Assembly: GCA_964482845.1 (NCBI GenBank)
Contig: CAYZZE010000001.1
Span: 1 to 61,746, forward strand
Direction of reading: 5' to 3'
DNA: 61,746 nucleotides
Origin: an uncultured Candidatus Cloacimonadota bacterium
Lineage (GTDB): Bacteria; Cloacimonadota; Cloacimonadia; Cloacimonadales; Cloacimonadaceae
Under the pieces are notes generated by a model, which did not search any database, had not been told where the DNA came from, and worked only from the letters and a program-made list of their open reading frames with translations. Shown one piece after another: positions 19,076 to 28,825 of the stretch. Made by a program: the position numbers and the translations under genes. Every line of letters begins with the position of its first letter. Position 1 is the stretch's first letter.

Positions 19076-20202
19076 CAGGGGCTCCTTAGTGTCCGGTAGA
19101 TATTCAGATAGCCGTCCGCCATCGCCTGATAGGAACACTGGTGCCGGATGCGGGATAAGGCATTATTGCCTTTTTCCCTAATCTGGGAATAGGGGAGGTC
19201 GATGAGAGCAAGGAGCTTACTCTCAAGCAACGGTGGGTTATCCTGCCTGATCAACCATCCGCAATCGTCTGAGACAAGTTCGGCGATGGAAGGGATATCC
19301 GATCCGATGATAGGCAAGCCGCTATGCATTGCCTCGATGATGCTGATCGGTTGGGCTTCCCAATTGGAATAAAGAAGAAAGGCGTCAAATGTGGCGAGTA
19401 GGGGTGGAATATCGGATACCAGTCCGGGCAGGATCACCCGATCGGTCACTTTCAGCGAGTGAACTATCTGGCGGCATAGATCGAGATGTTCACCGTCTCC
19501 GGCAAAGATAAAACGAACGTTTGAATGTTTTTGGCAGATATGACAGGCGGCGGTCACGGTCTGGATGGAATTTTTCTGGGGGGAAAAGCGCATGGTTGAG
19601 CCGATGGTGAATATCTTTGGCGGATTATCATTACGGCGGGAGGCAATATCCACCAATCTTTGGCGGAGTTCGTCAGACAAGGCATTATTGATGGTGATCG
19701 CCTTATCGGGGTGTGTAAGTCCCATTTTTAACCACAATTCACGGTCACAGTTATTAACAAAAACCAAACGCTGATATAAAGGTGCGATCATCCGTTCGAT
19801 AGTCACAAATGACTGATAGACCAAGCGTGACTGTCCCCAGTGAAAAGGATTGCCATGCAGCGTATGAACGGCAAGCGGGACTTTTAGCAGATAAGCGGCG
19901 ATTCCGCCCAAGAGTCCGGTCTTGGATGAATGGGTATGGACGATGTCAAAGCGATGGCGGCGGATGATCCTTAATATCTGACTAAGAGCAACCCAATCCA
20001 TTGGTGAGATCGAATGACGCAAGGCATTGATCGGGGTGTAATTGAATCCCAGTTCTTTGACCTTATACTCCAGCAGTCGTCCGGGCTGGCTGGCGACGTA
20101 GATCTCAAATTGGTCGCGGGGCAATGATTGCATGAGGTGCAGCATCATATTCTGAGCACCGTAGAGCAGGGGGAGAAGTTGGAGATGCAATATCTTGATC
20201 AT
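19075..20202 (-). CDS. Glycosyltransferase, GT-B fold (GT4 family)
   Basis: 375 aa. N-terminus MIKILHLQLLPLLYGAQN, HTHSSKTGLLG, and a C-terminal E..P.S..EAM..G.P motif (NWEAQPISIIEAMHSGLPIIGSD). Confidence 0.85.
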   Translation of the reverse strand: MIKILHLQLLPLLYGAQNMMLHLMQSLPRDQFEIYVASQPGRLLEYKVKELGFNYTPINALRHSISPMDWVALSQILRIIRRHRFDIVHTHSSKTGLLGGIAAYLLKVPLAVHTLHGNPFHWGQSRLVYQSFVTIERMIAPLYQRLVFVNNCDRELWLKMGLTHPDKAITINNALSDELRQRLVDIASRRNDNPPKIFTIGSTMRFSPQKNSIQTVTAACHICQKHSNVRFIFAGDGEHLDLCRQIVHSLKVTDRVILPGLVSDIPPLLATFDAFLLYSNWEAQPISIIEAMHSGLPIIGSDIPSIAELVSDDCGWLIRQDNPPLLESKLLALIDLPYSQIREKGNNALSRIRHQCSYQAMADGYLNIYRTLRSP

Positions 20203-20212
20203 TGTTATCGGG

Positions 20213-21880
20213 TCAATCGGGTGGGCTAAACCGGATCAGCGCAATGGTTCCTTTCTTGATACCGGAGAAGCGGAAAAGATTTCCCTGAATATCGACCTCT
20301 ACGCCGCTGGTTTCGGCAATCTGAAATTCGGAGGATACGGTAAGGCAGAAATGATCCAGTTCATCAGGGAAAAAGACGCTGAGTTCGTAATCGCTTTCTT
20401 CGATGGTCACTCTTTCCCGCTTTTTCCACCAATCGGCAAGTTCCATGCAGGTAGCCTTGTAGATGTTTTCGGAATTGAGCAGAGCCAGGATGTATTGATA
20501 CAATTTGCCACAATAATGGATCTCGGCATAATTGGCAAGCGTGAAATCTAGACACAGAACTCCATGAACCTTGCGCACGGCTTGGTAGATCTTTTTGAAC
20601 TGGACTTTGGCATCTTCGAGGGATACAATGCGATTGCGGGTCAGGCGGAGATAAATGTCGCGGAAGGAGAGAGGTATCTCATAATGGCTGGAGATGGTCC
20701 CTCCAAACCAAGGTTGATAAGGGATAGCGACGCCATTCTTGAATCCGGGCATGCTTTGATAACACAAACTATTGCTGTAAGCCGGTCTGACCTGCTGAAG
20801 GAGTTCGCGGATCTGGTCATGGATGCGGAAGTCAAACTGGCGGATGCCGATGCTTTGGGTTCCGATGTTGTGCGACAGGATCTGCTTGCGGGTAATGTAG
20901 TCCTCACGGTTTGGTTTATCGTTCGTTGCCAGCAGTCCGATCTCGCTTCCGGCGGCTTTGATCTTGCCGATATCTTCCTGCAGGTCTGTATCTTCCAGGG
21001 TGTAATCGATATCGGCATTTTCCTCGGCAGCAACAAAGAAAGTGGATCGGCTGTTAAATTGCTGTTCCAGATCAAGATACTCCACAAAGTTCCAATAAAC
21101 CTCGTAATTGGTAAAGAGGTATTTGAGTTTGCCGGCGATGGAGCGGAAGAGTTGCATTATCTTGAGAGTAAAAAGCATGATAAAATCATCCACCACCGAG
21201 AGCAATAAGGAATTGAAACTCCACTTTTGCAGGTCGTCCACGCTGTGGGTGAGGATGGCTGCCATGATCTGATGTTCGGGGTAAAGACATTTGCGGGCGA
21301 TGATCTGTTTTTTGGCTTTGGAGTGTTCCATGAGCATATTGTCGATCAACCATAAAAGATTGTGGACGATCGGGGTTTCGCGCCATTGGTAAAAGAGACG
21401 TGCTTCATCAGGAAAGCACTGGTATTGGTCCCGCTGAGGATCGATCTGCGATTCGAATTCGGATAGGTGGAAAAAGACATTGCCAGCAAGGTCAAAATTG
21501 ATCTTTCCGCCGTGGATCTTCTTTTCGGAATAATTTTCGGCAGGGTAGGTGAATTTGAGTTCCGAGATCACGGGCGTCAATGTGAGCAGTTTGGTTTCGC
21601 GAATACTGCGGCGGATCTTCTCTATGCTATAGCCCTTGGGGTCATACAAATTGGGATCTGCCTGGATAAAGACAGTGATGTAATGACGCGAGATCTGTTT
21701 TAGTTCCTCGGCAGTCGGTGCCAGCAGTCCGTAGATGAGCAGGATGTCCGATTCACGCAGTTTTTGGATATCATCTATGTACCTGTGGCTGTAGCCCAAA
21801 GTGTGGAAGATAAAATTGAAACTATATTTTATCTCCTTCTGATAGCGTTCGAGTTTGTAGTCCGTATATATTGAGATCAT
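20213..21880 (-). CDS. Hypothetical protein with a polysaccharide-deacetylase-like central region (degenerate NodB motifs)
   Basis: 555 aa. RSTFFVAAEE...AGSEIGLLAT resembles the NodB TFFV / GHEIG(S)H motifs but lacks the His residues. The N-terminal part may correspond to DUF7033 (from memory). Confidence 0.35.
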   Translation of the reverse strand: MISIYTDYKLERYQKEIKYSFNFIFHTLGYSHRYIDDIQKLRESDILLIYGLLAPTAEELKQISRHYITVFIQADPNLYDPKGYSIEKIRRSIRETKLLTLTPVISELKFTYPAENYSEKKIHGGKINFDLAGNVFFHLSEFESQIDPQRDQYQCFPDEARLFYQWRETPIVHNLLWLIDNMLMEHSKAKKQIIARKCLYPEHQIMAAILTHSVDDLQKWSFNSLLLSVVDDFIMLFTLKIMQLFRSIAGKLKYLFTNYEVYWNFVEYLDLEQQFNSRSTFFVAAEENADIDYTLEDTDLQEDIGKIKAAGSEIGLLATNDKPNREDYITRKQILSHNIGTQSIGIRQFDFRIHDQIRELLQQVRPAYSNSLCYQSMPGFKNGVAIPYQPWFGGTISSHYEIPLSFRDIYLRLTRNRIVSLEDAKVQFKKIYQAVRKVHGVLCLDFTLANYAEIHYCGKLYQYILALLNSENIYKATCMELADWWKKRERVTIEESDYELSVFFPDELDHFCLTVSSEFQIAETSGVEVDIQGNLFRFSGIKKGTIALIRFSPPD

Positions 21881-21959
21881 CGCTTAACATTCACCACTTT
21901 TTTTACTTTTTGTCCCCCATCAGTTAAACAATGAAGTGGTGTCAAGGAAAATCGGCAGC

Positions 21960-22189
21960 CCCTTGTTTGACTATAGTCCTCCTTGCTTGATAACCTTAGT
22001 ATAACCTTAGTATAACCTTACGACCGTAAGGTTATACTAAGGTTATGAAGCAGGGAGAATGCAGGAGAAAGCGCTATTCCGCTTGAATCTAAACCTTCTT
22101 AAGGCAGTTGCATGATTCAGAGCGGTTGACTCCATGGTCATATATACGCCTTCTGTCAGGCAAGACCCGGTGTCTTAACATTGCTGCCG
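21960..22189 (-). repeat. Composite intergenic repeat, copy 3 (inverted): M3-hairpin-M2 part
   Basis: Hairpin at 21977-22058 (two aaccttagtat units on the left, one on the right, loop gacc), which is the reverse complement of the copy 2 hairpin. The following gaatgcaggagaaagcgctattccgcttgaatctaaaccttctt is the reverse complement of the M2 3' part. Confidence 0.85.
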
Positions 22190-22432
22190 GATGTTAGGCG
22201 GTAACTTCCATCACCGTCCGGAACGCCGCCAACGATCAACCAGCAAGGGTATCCGGACTTTGGGAGGACTTTAGTCCGGGAGAAATCCCCTCTCGCCGGT
22301 CAGGCCTCATTCTTTTAATACGCTGGCATATGTCTCTCGTTCGGACAGAAGTCCTCTCAACGTCTAAAAACCCAGTAGGGTTGTATGTACTCTCACGATC
22401 CGAAACGGTGGTTGAAACCACCGCCTAACATC
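22190..22432. repeat. 243-bp segment bounded by a 12-bp perfect inverted repeat (gatgttaggcgg / ccgcctaacatc), nested in repeat copy 3; candidate MITE or structured RNA
   Basis: Termini at 22190-22201 and 22421-22432. Several internal hairpins (ggtggt-ttca-accacc, ccggact...agtccgg, ggac-ttct-gtcc on the minus strand). Only the 60-nt end (22376-22432) recurs, at 52580-52640. Confidence 0.45.
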
Positions 22433-22562
22433 TGATGGCGCTGGAAAACTTATTATAAAGACCGTTGAATAATCAGCAACACCGGATTTATCCGGCACCC
22501 AGCACGTTTGCCCAGATGTCATAAACAAATGTCATACAAGCATATAGATTTTACCATGCACC

Positions 22563-22700
22563 GACTGAAGTCAGTGCAACGACCGGCTGAAGCCAGTGCA
22601 ACGACCGGCTAAAGCCGGTGATACACCTATGTGCAACGGTCTTTTATATTGCGTTCTCTCGATCTTAATCTCTGGTGAGCCCATTATGTGCAATGGTCTC
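22563..22700 (-). repeat. M1-type repeat modules (two, inverted), including a 22-nt tandem duplication
   Basis: Tandem units agtgcaacgaccggctgaagcc (22573-22594) and agtgcaacgaccggctaaagcc (22595-22616), then ggtgatacacctatgtgcaacggtc. A second M1 runs to atgtgcaatggtctct (22686-22701). Their reverse complements match 61690-61746 and 52495-52560. Confidence 0.7.
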
Positions 22701-23334
22701 TAAAATACAAATTTACAGGATCATTCGTGATAAAAAAACCTGATAGCTGGCAAGAAAAAAGGCGGTTTGGGAGAGAATGCCCTTCTCTGGTGATTGACTC
22801 TTTGACAGAATTGGTTCGAGGAATATCCTGCAGTGCCGTATTATCAGAGGCATCGGAATCCTCCTTTACAAACTGCACCGGAGTGCTATGCGGCAGATGA
22901 CCATGGCTCCCTTGGATAATCTATCCTCAGTTCATCCAGCGACGTCCATATCCTGGTCTCGATCAAGAATTGGCAAAAATTCATTTGACAGAAACAGTAC
23001 TGCCGTCCCTTTGGACTGTTGTAGTAAATAGTGAAAGAGATGATTGAAAAGCATGATGATAGATACATACCCAAGGGAGCGATACCTCATCCTGGTCAGC
23101 ACGATTCTGCTATTCGGTAGAGTGATTATGACGATTGACAATCTGGTGACACCTGCACCAATGTAGATATTGACATTGCCATCACGATCATAGTACCGGG
23201 GTGGCAATATCCATCTCTGGATGCAGCGCTGGTTCGTTGTTACGCATAAGCGACGGGGCGAAGCTGTATCGTATAATGTTGATCACTATAATGGCGAAAT
23301 GGAAGCCAAATCAGCCAAGTGAGGAGGGTTTATC

Positions 23335-24522
23335 ATGGATAACAAAGCCAGATTTGATACTTTACTGATTCACGGAGGTCAGAAACCTGATACTCTGAAG
23401 GCGGTGAGTCCACCGATCTACCAAACATCCACATTTGCTTTTTGCAATGCGCAAGACGGAGCGGATTGCTTTGCCGGACAGAGCGATGGCTATATCTATA
23501 CCCGTTTGGGCAATCCCACGATCCGTCACCTCGAAAATGCGGTCGCTGCTCTTGAAGGCGGATTGGGCGGGATCGCCACTGCCAGTGGGATGGGAGCGGT
23601 AACCACAGTTTATATGTCCTACCTTGGAAACGGTAGTCATATCGTATCCACCGATGCCGTTTATGGAGCTTCCCGCACTGTCCTGGAGAAGTTGCTATCG
23701 AGGTTTGGGGTGGAAGCGACTTTCGTTGATACAAGCAAGATAGAACTGGTCGAACAAGCCATCCGTCCCAATACAAAGCTTCTGTTCATAGAAACCCCGG
23801 CAAATCCCACCATCTCCATTACCGACATCGCCGCGTGCGCCGTTATTGCCCGAAAATATGGGATCAAACTGGCAGTGGATAATACCTTCTGTTCGCCTTA
23901 CCTGCAAAGACCGCTGGAACTGGGTGCGGATATTGTCCTGCATTCCATTACCAAGTTTATCAATGGTCATGCTGATGTGGTCGGCGGCGTCATCGTGACT
24001 ATGACGGAAGAAGACCACAAGTTGATGTATGGTGTCATGACCAACATGGGTCCAAACATGGATCCGCATCAGGCGTATTTGGTTATCCGCGGCTTAAAGA
24101 CGTTATCCATCCGGATCGACCGGGCGCAGGCAAATGCCGTGAGGATCGCATCCTATCTGGAAACGCATCCCCAGGTTGCCTGGGTCAGATATCCAGGACT
24201 GCCCTCCCATCCGCAGTTTGATTTGGCAAAAAGGCAGCAGAAGGGACCGGGAGCGATGATCTCATTTGGACTCAAGGGTGGCCTTGAAGCGGGCAGGACA
24301 GTCATGGATAATGTCAAGGTTGCGATTCTTGCAGTTTCTCTCGGTGGCGTGGAAACGCTGATCCAGCATCCAGCATCCATGACTCATGCCAAGGTTGCCC
24401 AAGAGGCAAAACTCAGAGCCGGGATCACCGATGATCTGGTTCGGCTATCGGTAGGAATCGAGGATGTGGAAGATCTGATCGAGGATCTGGAACAGGCATT
24501 AGCGATGATTAAGCATAAGTGA
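23335..24522 (+). CDS. mgl: Methionine gamma-lyase / Cys-Met metabolism PLP-dependent enzyme
   Basis: 395 aa. FDTLLIHGG, PPIYQTSTF, and the PLP-lysine motif SITKFINGHADVVGG. Best fit is methionine gamma-lyase, but O-acetylhomoserine sulfhydrylase cannot be excluded. Confidence 0.8.
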   Translation: MDNKARFDTLLIHGGQKPDTLKAVSPPIYQTSTFAFCNAQDGADCFAGQSDGYIYTRLGNPTIRHLENAVAALEGGLGGIATASGMGAVTTVYMSYLGNGSHIVSTDAVYGASRTVLEKLLSRFGVEATFVDTSKIELVEQAIRPNTKLLFIETPANPTISITDIAACAVIARKYGIKLAVDNTFCSPYLQRPLELGADIVLHSITKFINGHADVVGGVIVTMTEEDHKLMYGVMTNMGPNMDPHQAYLVIRGLKTLSIRIDRAQANAVRIASYLETHPQVAWVRYPGLPSHPQFDLAKRQQKGPGAMISFGLKGGLEAGRTVMDNVKVAILAVSLGGVETLIQHPASMTHAKVAQEAKLRAGITDDLVRLSVGIEDVEDLIEDLEQALAMIKHK

Positions 24523-24541
24523 ATAAGGACAGATAACGCTC

Positions 24542-25675
24542 ATGCATCGTTTATCAAACACGGGAGAAACCGATGTCCTGATCATCGGTACCGGCATTTA
24601 CGGGCTTTATGCTGCGGATATGCTTTCCCGCAAAGGGCAACGTGTCATGATCATCGATTGCGATCCGGAGTCATTCGGCAGGGGTTCTTATGTAAACCAA
24701 GCGCGTGTCCACAATGGATACCACTACCCCCGCAGTGTATCCACCGCCGCCAAATCCGCCTATTATTTTCAACGTTTTAACCAGGACTTTGGTTTTGCTA
24801 TTAACGGCAAATTCAAAAAGATCTACGCCATATCCGCCAAGTTTTCCTTTACCAGCGGGACTCAATTTCGGAAGTTCTGCTCCTATACCGGCATTCCCTG
24901 CCGGGAGATAGATGCCTCCGAGTACTTTCAAGGGGGGATGGTGGAAGCGGCTTTTGAAACCGAGGAATTTGCCTTCGACGCTTTTTTGATAAGGGACTGG
25001 TATAAAGAACGCTTAAGACAGCGGGATAATATTTCCTTCCAGTTCAGCTGCCGGATCGAAGGGATCGATATCTCCAACGATCGCTATCAGCTTACTCTCA
25101 ATGATGGATCACTCGTCAGTGTTCCATTCGTGCTGAATGCCACCTATGCCAGCGTAAATCAATTGTTGGAACGCTTCGGCTTTGAGAAGTTCCGCATCAA
25201 GTATGAGATCTGCGAAATCGCCTTATGTAAACCTAATCCAGCCCTCGACAGCGTCGGCATTACTGTCATGGATGGCCCTTTTTTCTCGGTCATGCCATTC
25301 GGTGTTGATGGCTTGTATTCATTGACTTCCGTCACTTTTACTCCACACATTACCTCTTATGAGCAGTTACCCCGCTTTGCCTGCCAGCAGGTTAATACAT
25401 ACTGCACCCCCGAATTTCTGCAGAATTGCAATACTTGTCCGGCCCGTCCACATACCGCTTGGGGATATATGCATCAATTGGCACGACTCTATCTTGATCC
25501 CCGCTTGGAAATGGAATACAAAGAGTCGCTCTTTGCCATCAAACCGATCTTACTTGCTTCCGAACTTGACGATTCCCGACCCACAGTCATCCGGGAGTTC
25601 TCCCAGAGCCCGAGATTCGTTTCCGTTCTTTCGGGCAAGATAAACACTGTTTATGATCTTGATGAGGTACTATAA
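24542..25675 (+). CDS. FAD-dependent oxidoreductase
   Basis: Rossmann dinucleotide motif DVLIIGTGIYGLYAADMLSRKGQRVMIID at the N-terminus. 377 aa. First gene of the polysaccharide block. Confidence 0.7.
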   Translation: MHRLSNTGETDVLIIGTGIYGLYAADMLSRKGQRVMIIDCDPESFGRGSYVNQARVHNGYHYPRSVSTAAKSAYYFQRFNQDFGFAINGKFKKIYAISAKFSFTSGTQFRKFCSYTGIPCREIDASEYFQGGMVEAAFETEEFAFDAFLIRDWYKERLRQRDNISFQFSCRIEGIDISNDRYQLTLNDGSLVSVPFVLNATYASVNQLLERFGFEKFRIKYEICEIALCKPNPALDSVGITVMDGPFFSVMPFGVDGLYSLTSVTFTPHITSYEQLPRFACQQVNTYCTPEFLQNCNTCPARPHTAWGYMHQLARLYLDPRLEMEYKESLFAIKPILLASELDDSRPTVIREFSQSPRFVSVLSGKINTVYDLDEVL

Positions 25676-26607
25676 TGCGTGAGAAATCATTCGTATCATT
25701 CGTGGTCTATGTCTATAACGCCGAAAAGGTTATCCAAGAGTTTATCAAGAGTTTGGATCAAGCCGCTGCCCAGAAGTTTGAGACCTATGAGATAATCTTG
25801 GTCAACGATCATAGCGATGACGGCACCAAAGCACAGATCAAAGCTGCTGGCGCTGGTATAAAAGGCAATCTGACCGTACTTAACTTGGCATGGCGTCATC
25901 GCCGGGAATTGGCGATGCTGGCTGGAACCGATCTGGCGATTGGTGACTTCGTTTTTGAGCTCGAGACCACCCGTCCCGACTTCACCTGGGACATCATCGT
26001 TCAGTTGTATGATAAATGTGTCAGTGGTTTCGATGTAGTCTTCGCTTTTCCCAAAAACAAGACCAAGACACGCTCACGCTTGTTCTATTGGCTGCTCAAC
26101 AAACTTTCCTACCTGAATGTGGAGACCTCGACGGAGACGGCGAAGATCGTCTCACGCAAAGCACTGAACCGGGCACTGCTGGAGCGCGGCAAGATCAGAT
26201 ACCGCAAGGTGCTGTATAAGTATTGCGGTTTTCCCACAGCAGCGGTTGTCTATGAGCCTATCTCCGGCACAACGGATAAGAACGAGATGACCCTATTGCA
26301 GAAGACCACCTTGGCTACTGATGTCTTCGTCGTTTTTTCCAATATTGGCATTCATATAGCCATGTTGTTTTCTGTGTTGTCGATGATCATTTCTGCAACG
26401 ATCGGGATTTATGCGTTGATTGCTTATATCAGCGGGCTGCCGATCATTTCCGGTTGGACAACGACGATGCTCTTCCTATCAATGGGTTTCTCGGGAATTT
26501 TCCTGACTCTCACTATCTTGGCTAAGTACATCAGCACGATCTTACAGGAGCAGAGACAGGGTTCCTTGTACACCGTGGAAACAATTGACCGCATCATTAA
26601 CCGCTGA
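25675..26607 (+). CDS. Glycosyltransferase family 2 with C-terminal TM helices
   Basis: SFVVYVYNAEKVI...YEIILVNDHSDDGT (GT-A DxD region). Two C-terminal hydrophobic helices. ATG overlaps the upstream stop. Confidence 0.8.
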   Translation: MREKSFVSFVVYVYNAEKVIQEFIKSLDQAAAQKFETYEIILVNDHSDDGTKAQIKAAGAGIKGNLTVLNLAWRHRRELAMLAGTDLAIGDFVFELETTRPDFTWDIIVQLYDKCVSGFDVVFAFPKNKTKTRSRLFYWLLNKLSYLNVETSTETAKIVSRKALNRALLERGKIRYRKVLYKYCGFPTAAVVYEPISGTTDKNEMTLLQKTTLATDVFVVFSNIGIHIAMLFSVLSMIISATIGIYALIAYISGLPIISGWTTTMLFLSMGFSGIFLTLTILAKYISTILQEQRQGSLYTVETIDRIINR

Positions 26608-26664
26608 TGTAAAACTATTTTGGGCGATAAGATAAGATGAAATTTTTCGAGTACAGGAGGAAAG

Positions 26665-27276
26665 ATGCTCGGCATCAAGGTTGATAATATCGAAGTTAGA
26701 CTGGTTGAGGTGACTGATGCTGGGGATATTGTGAGGATCAGAACCGCACCCCAGCGAGATAAATACATCAATCCTACTTCCAAGGACATCGAGGAACAAC
26801 AGCAATGGATCGCTGAATACAAGAAACGTGAACAAATGGGCAAAGAGTTGCTCTTTGTATTCATCGAAGAGGGACTTCTCAGAGGAACCTACCGCTTATC
26901 GAAAATCAATCGTTTCTCCTTTGAAGCGGGCAGCTGGGTCTTTGAAAAAACCATAAACAAGGCATTGCCCAAACTGGCTGACGTGATTATGACCGATTTT
27001 GGCCTTTTCACACTCAAACGGAACGTTATGCTATTCAATATAATCAAAGAGAATGAACGGGTGTGGAGGATCCAAGACCGGAAAAACCCAATTTGGCTGG
27101 ATGAAAGCAACACCCATTTTCATTTTGCTTTGATTGCCGATACTTGGCAAAAGAGCAAAGCGGAATTTCTGTCATTTTGCCAAGTCGATCCTGTATATTA
27201 TGAACTGTTTCACACGGCATTACAAACGGCTTACAATGATTGGCCGCTCAGAGATCAATACGAATTGAAGCAATGA
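26665..27276 (+). CDS. GNAT-like N-acyltransferase (tentative)
   Basis: 203 aa. N-terminal [16 protein letters not shown]...QQQWI pattern resembles RimJ/RimL-type GNATs. Translationally coupled (ATGA) to the DegT aminotransferase gene. Confidence 0.4.
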   Translation: MLGIKVDNIEVRLVEVTDAGDIVRIRTAPQRDKYINPTSKDIEEQQQWIAEYKKREQMGKELLFVFIEEGLLRGTYRLSKINRFSFEAGSWVFEKTINKALPKLADVIMTDFGLFTLKRNVMLFNIIKENERVWRIQDRKNPIWLDESNTHFHFALIADTWQKSKAEFLSFCQVDPVYYELFHTALQTAYNDWPLRDQYELKQ

Positions 27277-28400
27277 GAAAGGTCAAGTTTCTCGATATTC
27301 CTGCAATCAGTGCTCTGCACGCGCGTGAGATGATTGATGCGTTTCAACGGGTGCTTGCTTCCGGTATGTTCATTCAAGGAACTGAATACAAGGCATTCGA
27401 TGAAGATTATGCCGCTTACATCGGGTGTAAACAGAGCATCGGTGTAGCTAATGGACTGGATGCGCTGCGCGTGATCATACGGGCATACTTACATCTGGGA
27501 AAGCTACAGCCGGGGGATGAGGTCATCGTCCCGGCAAATACTTTCATTGCCTCGATCCTGGCTATAACTGAGAATCGTTTAACGCCAATTCTGGTCGAAC
27601 CGGACATACTGACCTTCAATATCGATCCAGATCGGATAGAAGCGAAAATAAGCAGTAGAACCAGAGCAATAATGGCTGTCCATCTGTATGGACAAAATGC
27701 TATTACGCCAGCTTTGGAGGAGATCATTCATCAATACGGTTTGATCCTCATTGAAGACAATGCCCAGGCACATGGTTGTATTTACAGGGGAAAGCGTACC
27801 GGGTCGGTCGGTCAAGCCGCTGGACACAGCTTTTATCCCGGCAAGTTATTGGGGGCTTTGGGCGATGGCGGCGCGGTCACTACGAATGATGTGGAACTGG
27901 CACAGATCATCAGGGCTATGATTAATTACGGTTCGCTTCAGAAATACATCCACAACGTCCAAGGACTCAATTCCCGGCTGGATGAACTTCAGGCGGCATT
28001 TCTGAGGATCAAACTGCGGTATCTTGATGAAGAGAATGAACGCCGGCGCCAAATTGCGGCAATCTATGACGTTAGTATAAATCATCCGCAGATCATCATC
28101 CCGAAATTGACCGATGCGTCCTTGCCCATCACCGACAATCCGTCCCATGTCTGGCACCTCTATGTGATCAGGCATCCTCAGCGGGATAGACTCCAGCAGT
28201 ATCTGACAGAAAATGGCGTGGAGACTATCATTCATTATCCCATTCCACCGCACAGACAGAAGGCATATCAGGGATGTTTCCCGGGCAGCTATCCGATTAC
28301 CGAGAAGATTCATAACGAGGTGTTGTCCCTGCCGATCAGTCCAGTGCAGTCCGATGAGGATACGCAGTACATCATAGACCTATTGAACGGTTTTCAATGA
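27273..28400 (+). CDS. DegT/DnrJ/EryC1/StrS-family sugar aminotransferase
   Basis: 375 aa. [30 protein letters not shown] (PLP Lys region), [12 protein letters not shown]. Typical of a nucleotide-sugar 3- or 4-aminotransferase. Confidence 0.9.
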   Translation: MRKVKFLDIPAISALHAREMIDAFQRVLASGMFIQGTEYKAFDEDYAAYIGCKQSIGVANGLDALRVIIRAYLHLGKLQPGDEVIVPANTFIASILAITENRLTPILVEPDILTFNIDPDRIEAKISSRTRAIMAVHLYGQNAITPALEEIIHQYGLILIEDNAQAHGCIYRGKRTGSVGQAAGHSFYPGKLLGALGDGGAVTTNDVELAQIIRAMINYGSLQKYIHNVQGLNSRLDELQAAFLRIKLRYLDEENERRRQIAAIYDVSINHPQIIIPKLTDASLPITDNPSHVWHLYVIRHPQRDRLQQYLTENGVETIIHYPIPPHRQKAYQGCFPGSYPITEKIHNEVLSLPISPVQSDEDTQYIIDLLNGFQ

Positions 28401-28825
28401 TGAGTGGACTTGTATCCGCGTTTGATCAATACCGGCATCGGGTGATGCAATTCAGCCGTTTCCTGATCGTAGGCGGATCGGTAACAGTATTGTCCTTGTT
28501 ACTAAGTTACGTGTTCCTTAAGGTGCTTGAAGCACCGTTGATCATCACCTATGTTCTGATCTATGTGGCAACCATCTTCATATCCTATCAATTGAATGCC
28601 AGATTTACATTTCAGGCGGGTCGGACGCTAAGGAGTTTGTTCTTGTTCTATGGATCCTATATCTTTACTCTGGGCTTTGGCACGGCACTATTGGCGTTGT
28701 TGAGGAAGGTTTTGGACTTTGAGAATTGGGTGCTGGTTTTTATGGTGGTTCCGGTTACCACCGTGATGAATTACCTGCTTTCAGTATTGATATTTACACC
28801 GCTGCAAAGGAGAGGGGATGAATAG
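28397..28825 (+). CDS. GtrA-family membrane protein
   Basis: 142 aa with 4 TM helices. [23 protein letters not shown] is the GtrA N-terminal signature. Confidence 0.75.
   Translation: MMSGLVSAFDQYRHRVMQFSRFLIVGGSVTVLSLLLSYVFLKVLEAPLIITYVLIYVATIFISYQLNARFTFQAGRTLRSLFLFYGSYIFTLGFGTALLALLRKVLDFENWVLVFMVVPVTTVMNYLLSVLIFTPLQRRGDE

Noticed and set aside
22190-22432. Structured segment, considered as RNase P RNA, SRP RNA, tmRNA or 6S RNA
   Set aside because: The conserved motifs I remember are absent on both strands. That includes the GGAAAGUCCGG and ACAGAACCCGGCUUA-type blocks of RNase P, the GGUCCGGAAGGAAGCAGCC block of SRP, and the tRNA-like ends of tmRNA. The length does not fit RNase P or tmRNA. 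It is left as an unknown element.
21881-23334. Search for a transposase, integrase, reverse transcriptase or toxin-antitoxin pair that could explain the repeats
   Set aside because: Only short ORFs without DDE, tyrosine/serine recombinase, HUH or RT motifs were seen. Nothing could be supported as a gene.
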